Assembly (NCBI GenBank): GCA_964629685.1
Contig: CAZVTT010000004.1
Coordinates: 76 to 64,075, forward strand
DNA from: an uncultured Gammaproteobacteria bacterium
GTDB taxonomy: Bacteria; Patescibacteriota; Microgenomatia; UBA10105; UBA927
Direction of reading: 5' to 3'
Length of the DNA: 64,000 bases
The translations under genes and the position numbers were made by a program. The notes beneath the pieces were generated by a model that ran no database searches, was not told the DNA's origin, and saw nothing but the letters and a program-made list of their open reading frames with translations. This document shows, in pieces, positions 20,854 through 32,263 of the stretch; positions within the stretch are counted from its first letter, which is position 1, and each line of letters opens with the position of its first letter.

Positions 20854-20877
20854 GAACATATGATAGACTATATGTGC
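20854..20877. promoter_or_regulatory. Candidate SOS operator: palindrome GAACATAT-N8-ATATGTGC in lexA/uvrB divergent region
   Basis: 7/8 inverted repeat containing GAAC; further GAAC-containing motifs at 20894-20903 (CGAATGTTCA) and 20948-20967 (CGAACATGAAATTTGAAC). Confidence 0.3.
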
Positions 20878-20953
20878 AGTGTACTAAATTTAACCGAATG
20901 TTCAAGAGATACTAACTGGATCATTGTATCTCTTTTCCATAGTAATCCCGAAC

Positions 20954-22993
20954 ATGAAATTTGAACTTGTATCCAATTACCAACCTTCTGGCGATCAACC
21001 TCAGGCTATTGCGCAACTATTGTCAAACCTGGACCGAAATGTACGCGAACAGGTACTCTTGGGTGTAACGGGAAGCGGCAAAACGTTTACGATGGCTAAT
21101 GTTATCGCCAAACTGCAACGTCCGACCCTCATTATTTCGCACAATAAAACACTGGCGGCTCAACTCTATCAGGAATTCAGGGATTTTTTCCCTAAAAACG
21201 CCGTATCGTATTTTGTTTCCTACTACGACTACTACCAACCGGAGGCATATGTCCCGGCTACTGACACATATATAGAAAAAGAAACCGAAATTAACGAAGA
21301 AATTGATAAACTCAGACTTGCCGCGACCACCAATCTGCTTACGAGACCGGACACCATTGTGGTTGCGTCAGTATCCTGTATATATAACATCGGTTCACCC
21401 AAGGAATACGGTCATTTTGTACTTGAATTAAAACCCGGCATGAAAGTTGCCCGGGAAAGTATTCTGGACAGACTGGTACAGCTGCAGTACGAGCGCAGTG
21501 ATTTTGGTTTTCATCGTGGAACATTTAGAGTGAGAGGCGATGTCGTTGACTTATTTCCCGCCTACGAAGATGTTTCACTGCGCATTAGGCTTTCCGACCA
21601 GGCGGTTATAAGTTTAGAGAAGCTCGATCCTCTCACGGGTAAAAAAATAGAAACATTATCGGGTACGATGATATACCCGGCAAAACACTACATGACTGAT
21701 CCGCGCGGATATAAAGACGTGTTTAAACTCATACGGGACGACCTGGACAAGCAGGTAAATCATTTTAAATCCCAAGGCAAATTGCTGGAGGCAAACAGAA
21801 TATCGCAGCGGGTAAATTTCGATCTGGAAATGATACAGGAAATGGGATTCGTAAACGGCATAGAGAACTACTCCCGCTATTTCGACGGCAGAAACCCGGG
21901 AGACGCACCATACTCTTTGCTCGATTATTTTAAAGAGGCTACCACCGGCGGAAAATCACCGTGGTTACTTATGATCGACGAATCGCACATGACACTGCCG
22001 CAGATACGCGGTATGTATAACGGAGATAAAGCCAGAAAACAAACGCTTATCGATTACGGATTCAGATTGCCTGCTGCTATAGACAACCGGCCGTTGAAAT
22101 TCGAAGAATTTCAACGCCGCATACCACAAACGATATATGTTTCCGCCACACCGAACGATTGGGAAATTTCCCGGGCAAATGAAAGCATTCAAACACAAAA
22201 CGGCAAAACTACCGTACCGATCGTGGAACAATTAACGAGACCTACGGGACTAGTTGATCCGATTATTCATGTGCACCCCAGCGAAAACCAAATAGATGAT
22301 TTAATTGTCCAAATCCGTGAACGCATAGTCCGAAAAGAACGCGTTCTGGTAACAACGCTTACGAAACGTATGGCCGAGGATCTGACAAAATTTCTGGAAA
22401 ATAAAGGGATATTAGTCCAGTATCTTCATTCTGAAGTGCTTACACTTGACCGCTCCGATATTTTAAACGAGCTCAGACAGGGGAAATACGACGTTCTGGT
22501 AGGAATTAACCTATTGCGGGAAGGCTTAGATCTTCCTGAGGTGTCGTTAGTAGCCATACTTGACGCCGATAAAGAAGGATTTTTACGAAGCAGAACCAGT
22601 CTCATTCAAACGATGGGACGGGCAGCGCGACATGTGGGTGGGGAAGTCATCCTCTATGCTGACCGGATAACAGACTCTATGAAGGAGGCTATATCCGAAG
22701 TCGAACGCCGGAGGGCAATACAACTGGCATTTAACGCACAACATGACATAACCCCGGAATCAATTCACAAACCTATCAGAGAGCGATTAGTAGAACGGGA
22801 ATCGGAAGAACAGGTTCACCAACGGAAAGTCCAAGATGCAGACGTTCTGGCACAAAAAGATGTGGTTTCCATGACGCCGGATGAAAAACAACAATTCAAA
22901 AAAAAGTTGGAACGTGCCATGCGTGAAGCAAGTAAAGATTTAAATTTTGAATTGGCTGCAAAGCTACGGGATTTCCTGAGAAGTATAGATTAG
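20954..22993 (+). CDS. uvrB: Excinuclease ABC subunit B
   Basis: GVTGSGKTF Walker A, DESH, helicase C-terminal domain, C-terminal UVR motif. Confidence 0.95.
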   Translation: MKFELVSNYQPSGDQPQAIAQLLSNLDRNVREQVLLGVTGSGKTFTMANVIAKLQRPTLIISHNKTLAAQLYQEFRDFFPKNAVSYFVSYYDYYQPEAYVPATDTYIEKETEINEEIDKLRLAATTNLLTRPDTIVVASVSCIYNIGSPKEYGHFVLELKPGMKVARESILDRLVQLQYERSDFGFHRGTFRVRGDVVDLFPAYEDVSLRIRLSDQAVISLEKLDPLTGKKIETLSGTMIYPAKHYMTDPRGYKDVFKLIRDDLDKQVNHFKSQGKLLEANRISQRVNFDLEMIQEMGFVNGIENYSRYFDGRNPGDAPYSLLDYFKEATTGGKSPWLLMIDESHMTLPQIRGMYNGDKARKQTLIDYGFRLPAAIDNRPLKFEEFQRRIPQTIYVSATPNDWEISRANESIQTQNGKTTVPIVEQLTRPTGLVDPIIHVHPSENQIDDLIVQIRERIVRKERVLVTTLTKRMAEDLTKFLENKGILVQYLHSEVLTLDRSDILNELRQGKYDVLVGINLLREGLDLPEVSLVAILDADKEGFLRSRTSLIQTMGRAARHVGGEVILYADRITDSMKEAISEVERRRAIQLAFNAQHDITPESIHKPIRERLVERESEEQVHQRKVQDADVLAQKDVVSMTPDEKQQFKKKLERAMREASKDLNFELAAKLRDFLRSID

Positions 22994-23048
22994 CATGATA
23001 TAATACTTATCCCCCCGGAATTCCGAGGGAATTTTCGTGGAGAAGCAT

Positions 23049-26000
23049 ATGGATCAGGTTATAAAAATTAAAGGCGCCAGACAACATAACCTTAAAAATA
23101 TAAATCTTGAATTACCCAAAAATAAGCTCGTAGTTTTTACGGGTTTGTCGGGTTCCGGCAAATCATCGTTAGCCTTTGACACTATATATGCTGAAGGACA
23201 GCGAAGGTACGTGGAATCATTATCCTCCTACGCGCGTCAGTTCTTAGGAGTTATGGATAAACCGGACGTAGACAGTATAGAAGGTTTATCTCCGGCTATT
23301 TCTATTGACCAAAAATCCACGTCACACAATCCGCGGTCCACGGTGGGTACCGTTACGGAAATTTATGACTATCTGCGTTTATTGTATGCGAGGGTTGGGC
23401 ATCCGCATTGTCCCAATTGCGGCCGTGAGATCAGCAAGCAGTCACCGCAGCAAATCGTAAACCAAATTTTTCAGTTATCCGCTGATCAACTGTCACAAAA
23501 AGGGGTAAAATTTTACCGTTTTTTTATAGTAGCGCCGGTTATCCGTGACCGTAAAGGAGAATTCAGCGGGTTACTTGATAATCTCCGCGCAAAAGGTTAC
23601 AGCTGGGTAAGAATTGACGGACAAATTTTTAGCCTTGAAGAGGATATTTACCTCATTAAAACGAACAAACATACAATAGAGGTAGTTATAGACAGATTAA
23701 ACTTCGATTCGCAGGTGCTTAAACTCATTAAACGGGAACACATGAAAAAGAATCCCGGTACGCAGGATACGGATGATACGGTAGCGTTTTCCAGCCTGCG
23801 GTCCCGTATATCCGATGCAGTAGAGCAGGCCTTAAAGCTATCCGAAGGGCTCGTGATCCTGTCTCAGGTAACCGATAGCAGCTTTACGCTGCCGGATAAA
23901 CCCAAAAACATGCATGATCATATATTTTCCGAAAAATTTTCCTGCCCTGTTTGCAATATTTCATTACCCGAAATAGAGCCGCGCTCATTTTCGTTTAACT
24001 CACCTCACGGTGCCTGTCCGACATGCAGCGGAATAGGTAATATTCTGACAGTTGATCCGGATTTGGTATTGGCACCGGATTTGTCTATAACGGAAGGCGG
24101 CATAATTCCGTTCGCTAAAATGTTTTTTCATGATACCTGGTTTTCCCGCGTCATTACGACCGTAGCAGAAAAATCCGGCATAGATTTACGGAAACCATTA
24201 AAATATTTGACCCTTGAACAAAGGAACATATTACTGAACGGTACCGGAGACACTCAGCATTTAGTAGAAGGAAATAACAGGTTTGGCGACCGAACCCGCA
24301 TTCAGGAAATGTTTACCGGAATTGTTCCGGAGTTAAAAAGACGGTATTTACAATCAGACTCTGACTTTGTCCGCTCGGAAATCGAAAAATATATGCGGCA
24401 GGAAATTTGCCCTGACTGTAACGGAAAACGGTTAAAAAAAGAAAGCCTGACTATCACGATAGATAAGTTTTCCATCGCAGACGTCACGTCTTTATCCATA
24501 AAGGATTCGCTTCAATGGATAGAACATCTGAAAAACGACAACGGCGATTTATTGAGTTCATCCGAAGCTACAATCTCCACTCCAATATTTAAAGAAATTC
24601 ATGCCCGTTTAAACTTTCTGGTAGAAGTCGGATTGGATTACCTTACGTTGGGCCGCGGAGCCACTACCTTAGCAGGCGGAGAGGCACAACGCATCAGACT
24701 GGCTTCTCAAATTGGCTCAGGCTTATCGGGTGTTTTATACGTGTTGGACGAACCTTCCATCGGTCTACACCAGCGTGACAACCGCAAGCTTATTAGTACC
24801 CTAATGACGTTACGGGATTTAGGAAACACGGTAATCGTGGTAGAACATGACCGTGAAATGATGGAGGAAGCTGACTATCTGTTAGATATCGGTCCCGGTG
24901 CCGGGGAGCATGGCGGAAGAATAATTGCTGCAGGAACTGTGGAAGAGGTAAAGCGAAACGAAAAATCCATCACAGCACAATTTCTTACGGGTAAACGCAC
25001 CATTAGCCGACCACATATCCAAACCAAATTACCGACAGATATTCCCCAAGAGCCTAAGCCGGACAAACTTATACTGGTAAATGCTTCAGAGAATAATCTA
25101 AAAGACATAACCGTTTCTTTCCCTTTAGAAAAACTGGTATGCGTTACCGGACTTTCCGGTAGCGGCAAATCTACGCTGGTTGTGGAAACGTTTTACCGGG
25201 CGCTGTACCGGCATTTTAATCCCATGACAAAAGAACGGCCGGGGAAGTACGAACGCATAGACGGTTTGGGAGCTATAGACAAAGTAATTCTTATTGATCA
25301 ATCGCCTATAGGCAGAACGCCGCGGAGTAACCCAGCCACATACACCGGCATATTCGGTATTATCCGTGATATTTTCGCACAACTTCCGGAAGCCAGAGTC
25401 CGCGGGTATAAACCCGGTCGCTTTTCTTTTAATGTTAAGGGTGGACGGTGTGAAGCCTGTGAAGGTGAGGGTCAGAAAAAAATTGAAATGCAGTTCCTTT
25501 CCGATATTTACGTCACCTGTGAGGTTTGTCATGGTACCCGGTTTAATCAGGAAACATTAGAGGTTCATTATCACGGCAAATCCATCGCCAATGTGCTGGA
25601 TATGACAGTAGAAGAAGCCAGTCAATTTTTTTCCAGCCATCCGCTGCTTGCGGAAAAGCTACAAACAATCCGTGATGTTGGTCTCGACTATATTCATCTG
25701 GGTCAACCGGCACCACATTTATCAGGAGGGGAAGCCCAACGGATAAAACTTGCCACGGAACTAGCCAGAAGATCTACCGGAAAAACCGTCTACATACTGG
25801 ACGAACCGACAACCGGACTGCATTTTGCCGATTTAGAAAAATTACTGGGAGTATTGCACCGGCTTACCGCCAAAGGAAACACTGTTATTGTTATAGAACA
25901 CAACTTGGATATAATCAAAAATGCCGACTGGATTATTGACTTAGGTCCTGAAGGAGGGGATGGAGGCGGTAGGATAATCGCCGAGGGTACACCAAAACAG

Positions 26001-26057
26001 ATTGCAAACGCCAAACACTCGTACACCGGGCAATTTCTCCGGGAACTTCTCGATTAA
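23049..26057 (+). CDS. uvrA: Excinuclease ABC subunit A
   Basis: Two ABC ATPase modules ([14 protein letters not shown] signatures) and zinc-finger CxxC pairs. Confidence 0.95.
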   Translation: MDQVIKIKGARQHNLKNINLELPKNKLVVFTGLSGSGKSSLAFDTIYAEGQRRYVESLSSYARQFLGVMDKPDVDSIEGLSPAISIDQKSTSHNPRSTVGTVTEIYDYLRLLYARVGHPHCPNCGREISKQSPQQIVNQIFQLSADQLSQKGVKFYRFFIVAPVIRDRKGEFSGLLDNLRAKGYSWVRIDGQIFSLEEDIYLIKTNKHTIEVVIDRLNFDSQVLKLIKREHMKKNPGTQDTDDTVAFSSLRSRISDAVEQALKLSEGLVILSQVTDSSFTLPDKPKNMHDHIFSEKFSCPVCNISLPEIEPRSFSFNSPHGACPTCSGIGNILTVDPDLVLAPDLSITEGGIIPFAKMFFHDTWFSRVITTVAEKSGIDLRKPLKYLTLEQRNILLNGTGDTQHLVEGNNRFGDRTRIQEMFTGIVPELKRRYLQSDSDFVRSEIEKYMRQEICPDCNGKRLKKESLTITIDKFSIADVTSLSIKDSLQWIEHLKNDNGDLLSSSEATISTPIFKEIHARLNFLVEVGLDYLTLGRGATTLAGGEAQRIRLASQIGSGLSGVLYVLDEPSIGLHQRDNRKLISTLMTLRDLGNTVIVVEHDREMMEEADYLLDIGPGAGEHGGRIIAAGTVEEVKRNEKSITAQFLTGKRTISRPHIQTKLPTDIPQEPKPDKLILVNASENNLKDITVSFPLEKLVCVTGLSGSGKSTLVVETFYRALYRHFNPMTKERPGKYERIDGLGAIDKVILIDQSPIGRTPRSNPATYTGIFGIIRDIFAQLPEARVRGYKPGRFSFNVKGGRCEACEGEGQKKIEMQFLSDIYVTCEVCHGTRFNQETLEVHYHGKSIANVLDMTVEEASQFFSSHPLLAEKLQTIRDVGLDYIHLGQPAPHLSGGEAQRIKLATELARRSTGKTVYILDEPTTGLHFADLEKLLGVLHRLTAKGNTVIVIEHNLDIIKNADWIIDLGPEGGDGGGRIIAEGTPKQIANAKHSYTGQFLRELLD

Positions 26058-26093
26058 CTCCTAAGCCTGCTAGAATAGCACTACAGGCACAAC

Positions 26094-27920
26094 ATGAAAT
26101 ATATCTTCACATGGTTATTTAGTTTTTTCGCTGTTCTCCTTATTTTGCCCGTCGGGAATGTTTATGCCGTGGGTGAATTTACCGCTGATTATGATGTGGA
26201 ATATACCGTATCGCCGGCAGGTAAAACTATTGTAACGCAGCATGTTACCCTTACTAACCTGCTCACAAATCTTTACGCCAAACAGTATTCGATTGTTATC
26301 GATAGTCAGAAAATTAAAAACGTTATAGCTTCTGATATTACCGGTGTAATCGAACCGAAAGTCACAGTTAAGGACGGTAAAACGGAAATACTACTTACGT
26401 TTAATCAGCAGGTAGTTGGCATTGGGAAAAAACTGGAATTTACTTTACGTTTTGATCACGATGATGTGGCGCAGAAGAACGGAAATATTTGGGAAATAAA
26501 CATACCGGGCGTATCTCCCGATCCTGACTTGGGTACATATAGACTTAGCTTGCAGGTTCCATCAAGCTTTGGGCCGCTGGCATACCTCACACCGCTTCCG
26601 GCTGACGGCGGTAAATATTGGACTAAGGATCAATTAACATCGGGCGGAATCAGCGCGGCGTACGGAAGCAAGCAAATTTTTGACGTTAAACTTGAATATC
26701 ACATCGAAAATACTAAAGTAACGCCAATAACGACGGAGATTGCACTTCCACCGGATACTCCCTATCAGAAAGTAAATATTCGTACGCTGGATCCCAAACC
26801 GCTTGAAGTAAAACAGGATGCTGACGGCAACTGGCTGGCACGGTATGCGCTTTCGGCCAATCAAAAGCTAGACATAGCAGCTAACCTGGCCATAGGCGTC
26901 TGGTTAAAACCAAGGACAGATTTTGTAACGGAACCCATCACCGAAACTGACTATTTAAAAGGTACGAAATATTGGGATGTGAAACATGAAAAAATTCAGC
27001 AATTCGCAAAACAAATAAGTACTCCCCGTGATGCATATGATTACGTTGTGAAAACACTGGAATACGACTACAGTCGAATAAATAAAGATCCTGTCAGGCA
27101 AGGCTCACTGCTAGCGCTTACACAACCGAAAACCGCAATCTGCATGGAATTTACCGACACGTTTATTGCATTAGCCCGGGCAGCAGGTATTCCGGCTAGG
27201 GAAGTAGTCGGGTACGCGTATACTACAAATTCCAGATTGCGCCCGCTTTCTTTAGTTGCAGACGTACTTCATGCCTGGCCGGAATATTATGACCAGGAAA
27301 CTGAACAATGGATTCCCATAGATCCGACCTGGGCGGATACCACGGGCGGAGTAAATTATTTCGATAAACTGGATTTCAACCACATAGTCTTTGCCATTCA
27401 TGGATTGCATGATGACTATCCGTATCCAGCTGGTTCATATAGGAAAGTAAACCAGACAACTAAAGACATAGATATCCAGTTCGGATCAGAACAACTATTG
27501 GTGGAACGAACAGGCGGCGAAGGCATCAAAATTGATTTCGATATTGCAAAAACCATTCCTGCCGGAATTCCTACCCGCGGTTCGGTAAACATTACCAACA
27601 CTCAGGGTGTAAGTTTAGAAAACAGCTCGGTTCAAATTCAGGGAACTCCATTTTCACTCTATGTCACCAAAGACGTTAAACATATTCCGCCGTTCGGTAA
27701 AGTATCGGTTCCCATTACGCTGGAAGTTAATAATTATTTCACGACCGGGCAAGGGAAAATAACTGCAACAGTTAACGATACTGTGGCACAGTATTATATT
27801 GATATCCGTTCCATACTGTATATAGCTGCCCCATTTGCCGGTGGTGCCGCTTTGCTGCTTTTTGGCTTGGGAGCTATTATTTTTCGAATCTACATATGGA
27901 AACCCTCAAAACCACAATAA
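26094..27920 (+). CDS. Secreted transglutaminase-like cysteine protease-domain protein with C-terminal membrane anchor
   Basis: Signal peptide; Cys (AICMEF), His (HAWPEYY) and Asp (DPTW) of transglutaminase-like core; C-terminal TM helix. Confidence 0.6.
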   Translation: MKYIFTWLFSFFAVLLILPVGNVYAVGEFTADYDVEYTVSPAGKTIVTQHVTLTNLLTNLYAKQYSIVIDSQKIKNVIASDITGVIEPKVTVKDGKTEILLTFNQQVVGIGKKLEFTLRFDHDDVAQKNGNIWEINIPGVSPDPDLGTYRLSLQVPSSFGPLAYLTPLPADGGKYWTKDQLTSGGISAAYGSKQIFDVKLEYHIENTKVTPITTEIALPPDTPYQKVNIRTLDPKPLEVKQDADGNWLARYALSANQKLDIAANLAIGVWLKPRTDFVTEPITETDYLKGTKYWDVKHEKIQQFAKQISTPRDAYDYVVKTLEYDYSRINKDPVRQGSLLALTQPKTAICMEFTDTFIALARAAGIPAREVVGYAYTTNSRLRPLSLVADVLHAWPEYYDQETEQWIPIDPTWADTTGGVNYFDKLDFNHIVFAIHGLHDDYPYPAGSYRKVNQTTKDIDIQFGSEQLLVERTGGEGIKIDFDIAKTIPAGIPTRGSVNITNTQGVSLENSSVQIQGTPFSLYVTKDVKHIPPFGKVSVPITLEVNNYFTTGQGKITATVNDTVAQYYIDIRSILYIAAPFAGGAALLLFGLGAIIFRIYIWKPSKPQ

Positions 27921-29227
27921 AAAAATTGCCGCATACCCCCGGCGTATATATTTACCGCAACATGCAGGGTGAAGTAATTTACGTCGGTAAAGCCGTGGAC
28001 TTATCTAAGCGGGTAAAGCAGTATTTTATGCGCGACGATGCGGTTGGTGCAAAAACACCAATTCTGGTATCACAAATAGCTGCTCTGGAAACAATTCAGA
28101 CGGCAACGGAATTTGATGCTATCCTGCTCGAAGCGCAGTTAATCAGGAAATATTTTCCTAAATATAACGTCGTAGCAAAAGACGACAAAAGTCCTCTATA
28201 TGTACTTATCTCCTTTGAAGAAGAATTACCCAGGGTGCAGTTCGTACGCCGCCCAAGGGGTATTAATGGGGAGAAGGGTAGCTTCTTCGGACCGTTTCAA
28301 TCAGCCAAAATGGCCAGATCACTCTTACGGTCTTTGCGCTATAGCATTCCATATTGCACACAGAAAATAAGAAACGGAAAACCGTGTTTTTATACGCATA
28401 TCGGTTTATGCAACCCCTGTGCATCGGTACTCACAAAAATGGCAGCGGGACCGGAACGGAGCCAGTTGGTAAAATTGTACAGGACACAAATGTTCAGGCT
28501 GCGTGATATTCTCTCCGGTAAATCCACGAACGTACTGAACGAACTGGAAAGCGAAATGAAAATACTAGCGCAGCAGGATTTTTTTGAAGCTGCAGCACAA
28601 ATCAGAAATCAGATTCAGGCTTTACATACTGTTTTAGCAAGGAAATACGATCCGAATATCTATATTCAGGGAGACCAGGGGATAACCCACGTATTTGAAG
28701 CACAATTGCAATCATTACAAAAAAGCTTATTACCATATTATCCTGCCTTACCATTGCCGACACGAATTGAATGCTACGACATTTCCAATACCATGGGAAA
28801 GCAGGCGACCGGCTCCATGGTTGTACTCAACCATGGACGACCGGACACAAATGAATACAGACGATTCCGCATTCGCACACTATCTACTCCCAACGATTTC
28901 GCCATGATGAGTGAAATTTTAACCAGAAGATTTTCTCATACGGAATGGATAAATCCCCAGCTGATCGTTATTGACGGCGGCAAAGGACAGGTGCACGCGG
29001 CTATGACCGTTCTGACAGGATTAAAGCGAAATATACCGGTAATCGGACTGGCTAAGCGGGAAGAAGAAATCGTTATACCTCAGGGGGATACCTTTAAAAT
29101 ACTGCGTTTATCTTTTACCGATGAAGGTCTTCACGCGCTACAACGCATCCGGGATGAAGCACACCGGTTTGCTATCACATATCATAGACTGCTGAGAAAA
29201 AAAGCATTCTTACCGGATAAACGGTAA
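27896..29227 (+). CDS. uvrC: Excinuclease ABC subunit C, short form (443 aa) lacking C-terminal HhH domain
   Basis: GIY-YIG (GVYIYRN...YVGKA), Cys4 cluster, UVR domain, RNase H-like endonuclease domain (IVIDGGKGQ); ORF ends before (HhH)2 region. Confidence 0.8.
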   Translation: METLKTTIKKLPHTPGVYIYRNMQGEVIYVGKAVDLSKRVKQYFMRDDAVGAKTPILVSQIAALETIQTATEFDAILLEAQLIRKYFPKYNVVAKDDKSPLYVLISFEEELPRVQFVRRPRGINGEKGSFFGPFQSAKMARSLLRSLRYSIPYCTQKIRNGKPCFYTHIGLCNPCASVLTKMAAGPERSQLVKLYRTQMFRLRDILSGKSTNVLNELESEMKILAQQDFFEAAAQIRNQIQALHTVLARKYDPNIYIQGDQGITHVFEAQLQSLQKSLLPYYPALPLPTRIECYDISNTMGKQATGSMVVLNHGRPDTNEYRRFRIRTLSTPNDFAMMSEILTRRFSHTEWINPQLIVIDGGKGQVHAAMTVLTGLKRNIPVIGLAKREEEIVIPQGDTFKILRLSFTDEGLHALQRIRDEAHRFAITYHRLLRKKAFLPDKR

Positions 29228-29247
29228 TTTGATCACGCGTATCGGAT

Positions 29248-29670
29248 TTGTTACCATTGACCAGCATGAAGTATTTGCTCCGGCTTTTCCTATTTAACGT
29301 ATTTGCGCTGTGGATTACGAGTGAGCTTATCCCGGCCGTAGTTATACATGGGGAATGGTACCTAATTCTTCTGGGCGGATTTGTACTGAGTCTGCTGATG
29401 CTTATCGTCAAACCGATTCTTAAAATATTATTTATTCCCATTAATCTGATTACGTTTGGGTTGATTTCCTGGATGATCAATGTTATCGTTATGTATCTTT
29501 TAACGTTCCTACTGCCCGAAATAGAGATACAACAGTGGACATTTCCGGGAATTACCTGGTCAGGATTTGTAGTTCCGGCAGTTCATTTCAGCTACATCAT
29601 GACGCTGATTATTGTATCGGTAACAGTAACCGTATTCACCAACTTATTGCATAATCTAAGTGAAGAATAA
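29248..29670 (+). CDS. Small 4-TM membrane protein (DUF360/phage-holin-4-like)
   Basis: 140 aa, four hydrophobic helices, no enzymatic motif. Confidence 0.4.
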   Translation: MLPLTSMKYLLRLFLFNVFALWITSELIPAVVIHGEWYLILLGGFVLSLLMLIVKPILKILFIPINLITFGLISWMINVIVMYLLTFLLPEIEIQQWTFPGITWSGFVVPAVHFSYIMTLIIVSVTVTVFTNLLHNLSEE

Positions 29671-30691
29671 CACCAAAGAAAATTCGTCCAGAAAATCGAA
29701 GCTCCCCAAAGTAGTTTGTATCGGGGGCGGAACAGGCACGTTTGTGAGCTTAAAAGGGCTCAAACTCCACCAGGTTACACTTTCAGCCATTGTGGCGATG
29801 AGTGATAGCGGCGGCAGCAACAAACGCATCCGGGATGAATTCGGCTTGCTCCCCACGTCAGATATCCGTCAATGCCTGGTCGCTTTATCCGAAGAAAACG
29901 GCGGGGTGGGTTTACTGCGTCAACTGTTCATGTATCGTTTTGAAAAAGGCCAGGGAATTACCGGCATGACGTTCGGCAATTTATTTATGGCCGCGTTAAC
30001 GGATATATTAGGCTCACAAAAAGAAGCCATTAAACAAACGGGCAGAGTGCTTAAAATCCGTGGGGAAGTAATTCCGGTATCGTATACGGATACCAACCTT
30101 ATGGCAGAATACGAAGACGGAACCGTCCTCACCGAAGAACATTTTATCGACGAACCTCCACACGACGGCCGAATGCAAATCAAACGGATTTGGCTGGATC
30201 CGCAGGCAAAAGGTAATCCCGATGCCGTAAAAGCAATAGAAGAAGCTGACTTGATCGTTGTGGGGCCGGGAGATTTATATACCAGTGTCCTACCTAACTT
30301 TTTGGTCGAAGGAATTGCCGAGGCTTTCGCTAAATCCAAAGGGAAGAAAGCATACGTTATGAATTTAATGACCAAGTGGGGTCAAACATTCGGGTATAAA
30401 GCCTCAGACCATATAAAGGTTCTGGAACAGGCTACACATACAACATTTTCGCACATACTTATTAACCAAACAGAATTTTCTGCCAGGGAATTAAAGGCAT
30501 ATGCGGAAAACCAGGAGTTTCCCGTAGAAGACGATTTGCCAAAATCGTCCGGCTATACGATAATACGGAAGGACATGATGAGCTCTCAGGTATTTAATAA
30601 ATCATCCAGCGACTCGTTAGTCCGTAGTTTGATTCGTCACGACAGCGAAAAACTAGCTGCCGAACTCATTAAACTGGTAAATCAACCATGA
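29660..30691 (+). CDS. yvcK: Gluconeogenesis factor / UPF0052 (YvcK, CofD-like)
   Basis: VVCIGGGTGTF...AIVAMSDSGGS N-terminal signature. Confidence 0.8.
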   Translation: MKNNTKENSSRKSKLPKVVCIGGGTGTFVSLKGLKLHQVTLSAIVAMSDSGGSNKRIRDEFGLLPTSDIRQCLVALSEENGGVGLLRQLFMYRFEKGQGITGMTFGNLFMAALTDILGSQKEAIKQTGRVLKIRGEVIPVSYTDTNLMAEYEDGTVLTEEHFIDEPPHDGRMQIKRIWLDPQAKGNPDAVKAIEEADLIVVGPGDLYTSVLPNFLVEGIAEAFAKSKGKKAYVMNLMTKWGQTFGYKASDHIKVLEQATHTTFSHILINQTEFSARELKAYAENQEFPVEDDLPKSSGYTIIRKDMMSSQVFNKSSSDSLVRSLIRHDSEKLAAELIKLVNQP

Positions 30692-30903
30692 AGATTTTTT
30701 TACTCGTTAGCCATATAGTGTTCGCAGTCTCGTTAATCGGACTTATTCTTCTCCAAACAAGTAAAGGTGGATTAGGAAAGTCTTTTGGCGGTGGCGAGTT
30801 TTACCGAAGCAAGCGGGGTGCAGAACGCATTGTATTTATTGGCACGTTCGTTTTTGCGCTGCTGTTTCTTCTTACCTCCGTCGCTAATTTAATCGTGCAA
30901 TAA
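30688..30903 (+). CDS. secG: Preprotein translocase subunit SecG
   Basis: 71 aa, two TM, LLQTSKGGLGKSFGGG matches SecG glycine-rich loop. Confidence 0.7.
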   Translation: MKIFLLVSHIVFAVSLIGLILLQTSKGGLGKSFGGGEFYRSKRGAERIVFIGTFVFALLFLLTSVANLIVQ

Positions 30904-30916
30904 TCACGATACTCAT

Positions 30917-32263
30917 ATGACTCTGCTGCGACGTGGTCGATACCTGTATTGGCTTACACGGGAACTGGTACGGAAATATACCAGATGGCTATTACTGGGA
31001 TTTGTCATAGGGCTTGGTTCGTCACTTTTGTTAGGGAATATTTATCCGTTTATTTTCCAACAATGGTTTTCTCCCATCCGCAGAATCGGTATTGTGGGAG
31101 AATTTACCCCTACAACACTTCCGCTTTCGATACAAAAGCATATTAGTTTTGGCTTAACTGAATTGCAGACGGACGGTTCCGCAGCCCCGGGACTGTCACG
31201 CTCCTGGGAATCTACGGATTCCGGCAAAACGTATACTTTTTATTTACGCAACGATTTGGAGTGGCATAATAAAAAACCGGTGGTCTCGCAGGATGTTAAC
31301 TATAATATCCGTAATGTTACTTTTGAACCCATAGACGCCCACACGTTACGCGTCACATTAAACGAACCGTACAGCCCGCTGCCCACACTTTTGGCTAAAC
31401 CGATTATTCAAAGCGGTCTGCGGGGATTCGGTCCGTATGAAGTCGGAAGAATCCGTTTAAAAGGCGATACAATCCAATCGCTTCGGCTAGTACCGGTGGA
31501 CGATAATTCACTTCCGGCGTTGGAATACCAATTCTACCGCACGGAAAGCCTCGCTACGCTTGCATATAAACTTGGTGACATAGACGTAATAGAAGACATT
31601 AGTTCCCCCGATTCATTAAAGGGGTGGGGCAAAACTGCCATTTCGGAAGAAACGAGGCATGACCGAATTGTTGCCCTGTATTTTAATTTACAGGATCAAC
31701 TTTTAGGAGAAAAAACTATACGGCAGGCTCTTGCATACAGTATCCCGGATTTAAATCAGGAACGGGCACACTCACCGATTGCGCAAACATCGTGGGCATA
31801 TTCCAACACTATCCGCCATTATACCTACGATCCTGAACATGCAAAAAAACTATTGGATTCAGCTAAAATAGGCAGCGACTCCGGCGAGTTAACAATCACT
31901 ACTTTTGCCCAATATGTCGATGTCGCCCAAACCATTGCGGACAGCTGGATAAAACTCGGCGTTAAGACCAACGTAAAAGTAGAAAACGCACTTAACGGAC
32001 AATATCAGATACTTTTAAGTGCCCAGGATATGCCCCCGGACCCGGATCAATACCCTTTCTGGCACTCACAACAGCAGCAAACCAACATTACCGGATACCT
32101 TAATTTAAAAATAGATAAACTTCTGGAGGATGGCCGTCGGGAACAGGACATAGTTAAGCGAAAGAAAATATATGCCGATTTTCAACGGTTTCTGGTAGAA
32201 GACATTCCCGTCATGTTTTTATATCATCCAAAAACATACCAGGTTGAACGGCAAAGTAATTAA
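30917..32263 (+). CDS. Membrane-anchored extracellular solute-binding protein, family 5-like
   Basis: N-terminal TM, SBP_bac_5-like segments (TYTFYLRNDLEWHN). Confidence 0.5.
   Translation: MTLLRRGRYLYWLTRELVRKYTRWLLLGFVIGLGSSLLLGNIYPFIFQQWFSPIRRIGIVGEFTPTTLPLSIQKHISFGLTELQTDGSAAPGLSRSWESTDSGKTYTFYLRNDLEWHNKKPVVSQDVNYNIRNVTFEPIDAHTLRVTLNEPYSPLPTLLAKPIIQSGLRGFGPYEVGRIRLKGDTIQSLRLVPVDDNSLPALEYQFYRTESLATLAYKLGDIDVIEDISSPDSLKGWGKTAISEETRHDRIVALYFNLQDQLLGEKTIRQALAYSIPDLNQERAHSPIAQTSWAYSNTIRHYTYDPEHAKKLLDSAKIGSDSGELTITTFAQYVDVAQTIADSWIKLGVKTNVKVENALNGQYQILLSAQDMPPDPDQYPFWHSQQQQTNITGYLNLKIDKLLEDGRREQDIVKRKKIYADFQRFLVEDIPVMFLYHPKTYQVERQSN

Noticed and set aside
20853-20903. Canonical Cheo box (CGAACRNRYGTTCG) or E. 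coli-type CTGT-N8-ACAG SOS box upstream of lexA/uvrB
   Set aside because: Only partial matches (CGAACATATGATAG, CGAATGTTCA); reported instead as a non-canonical candidate.
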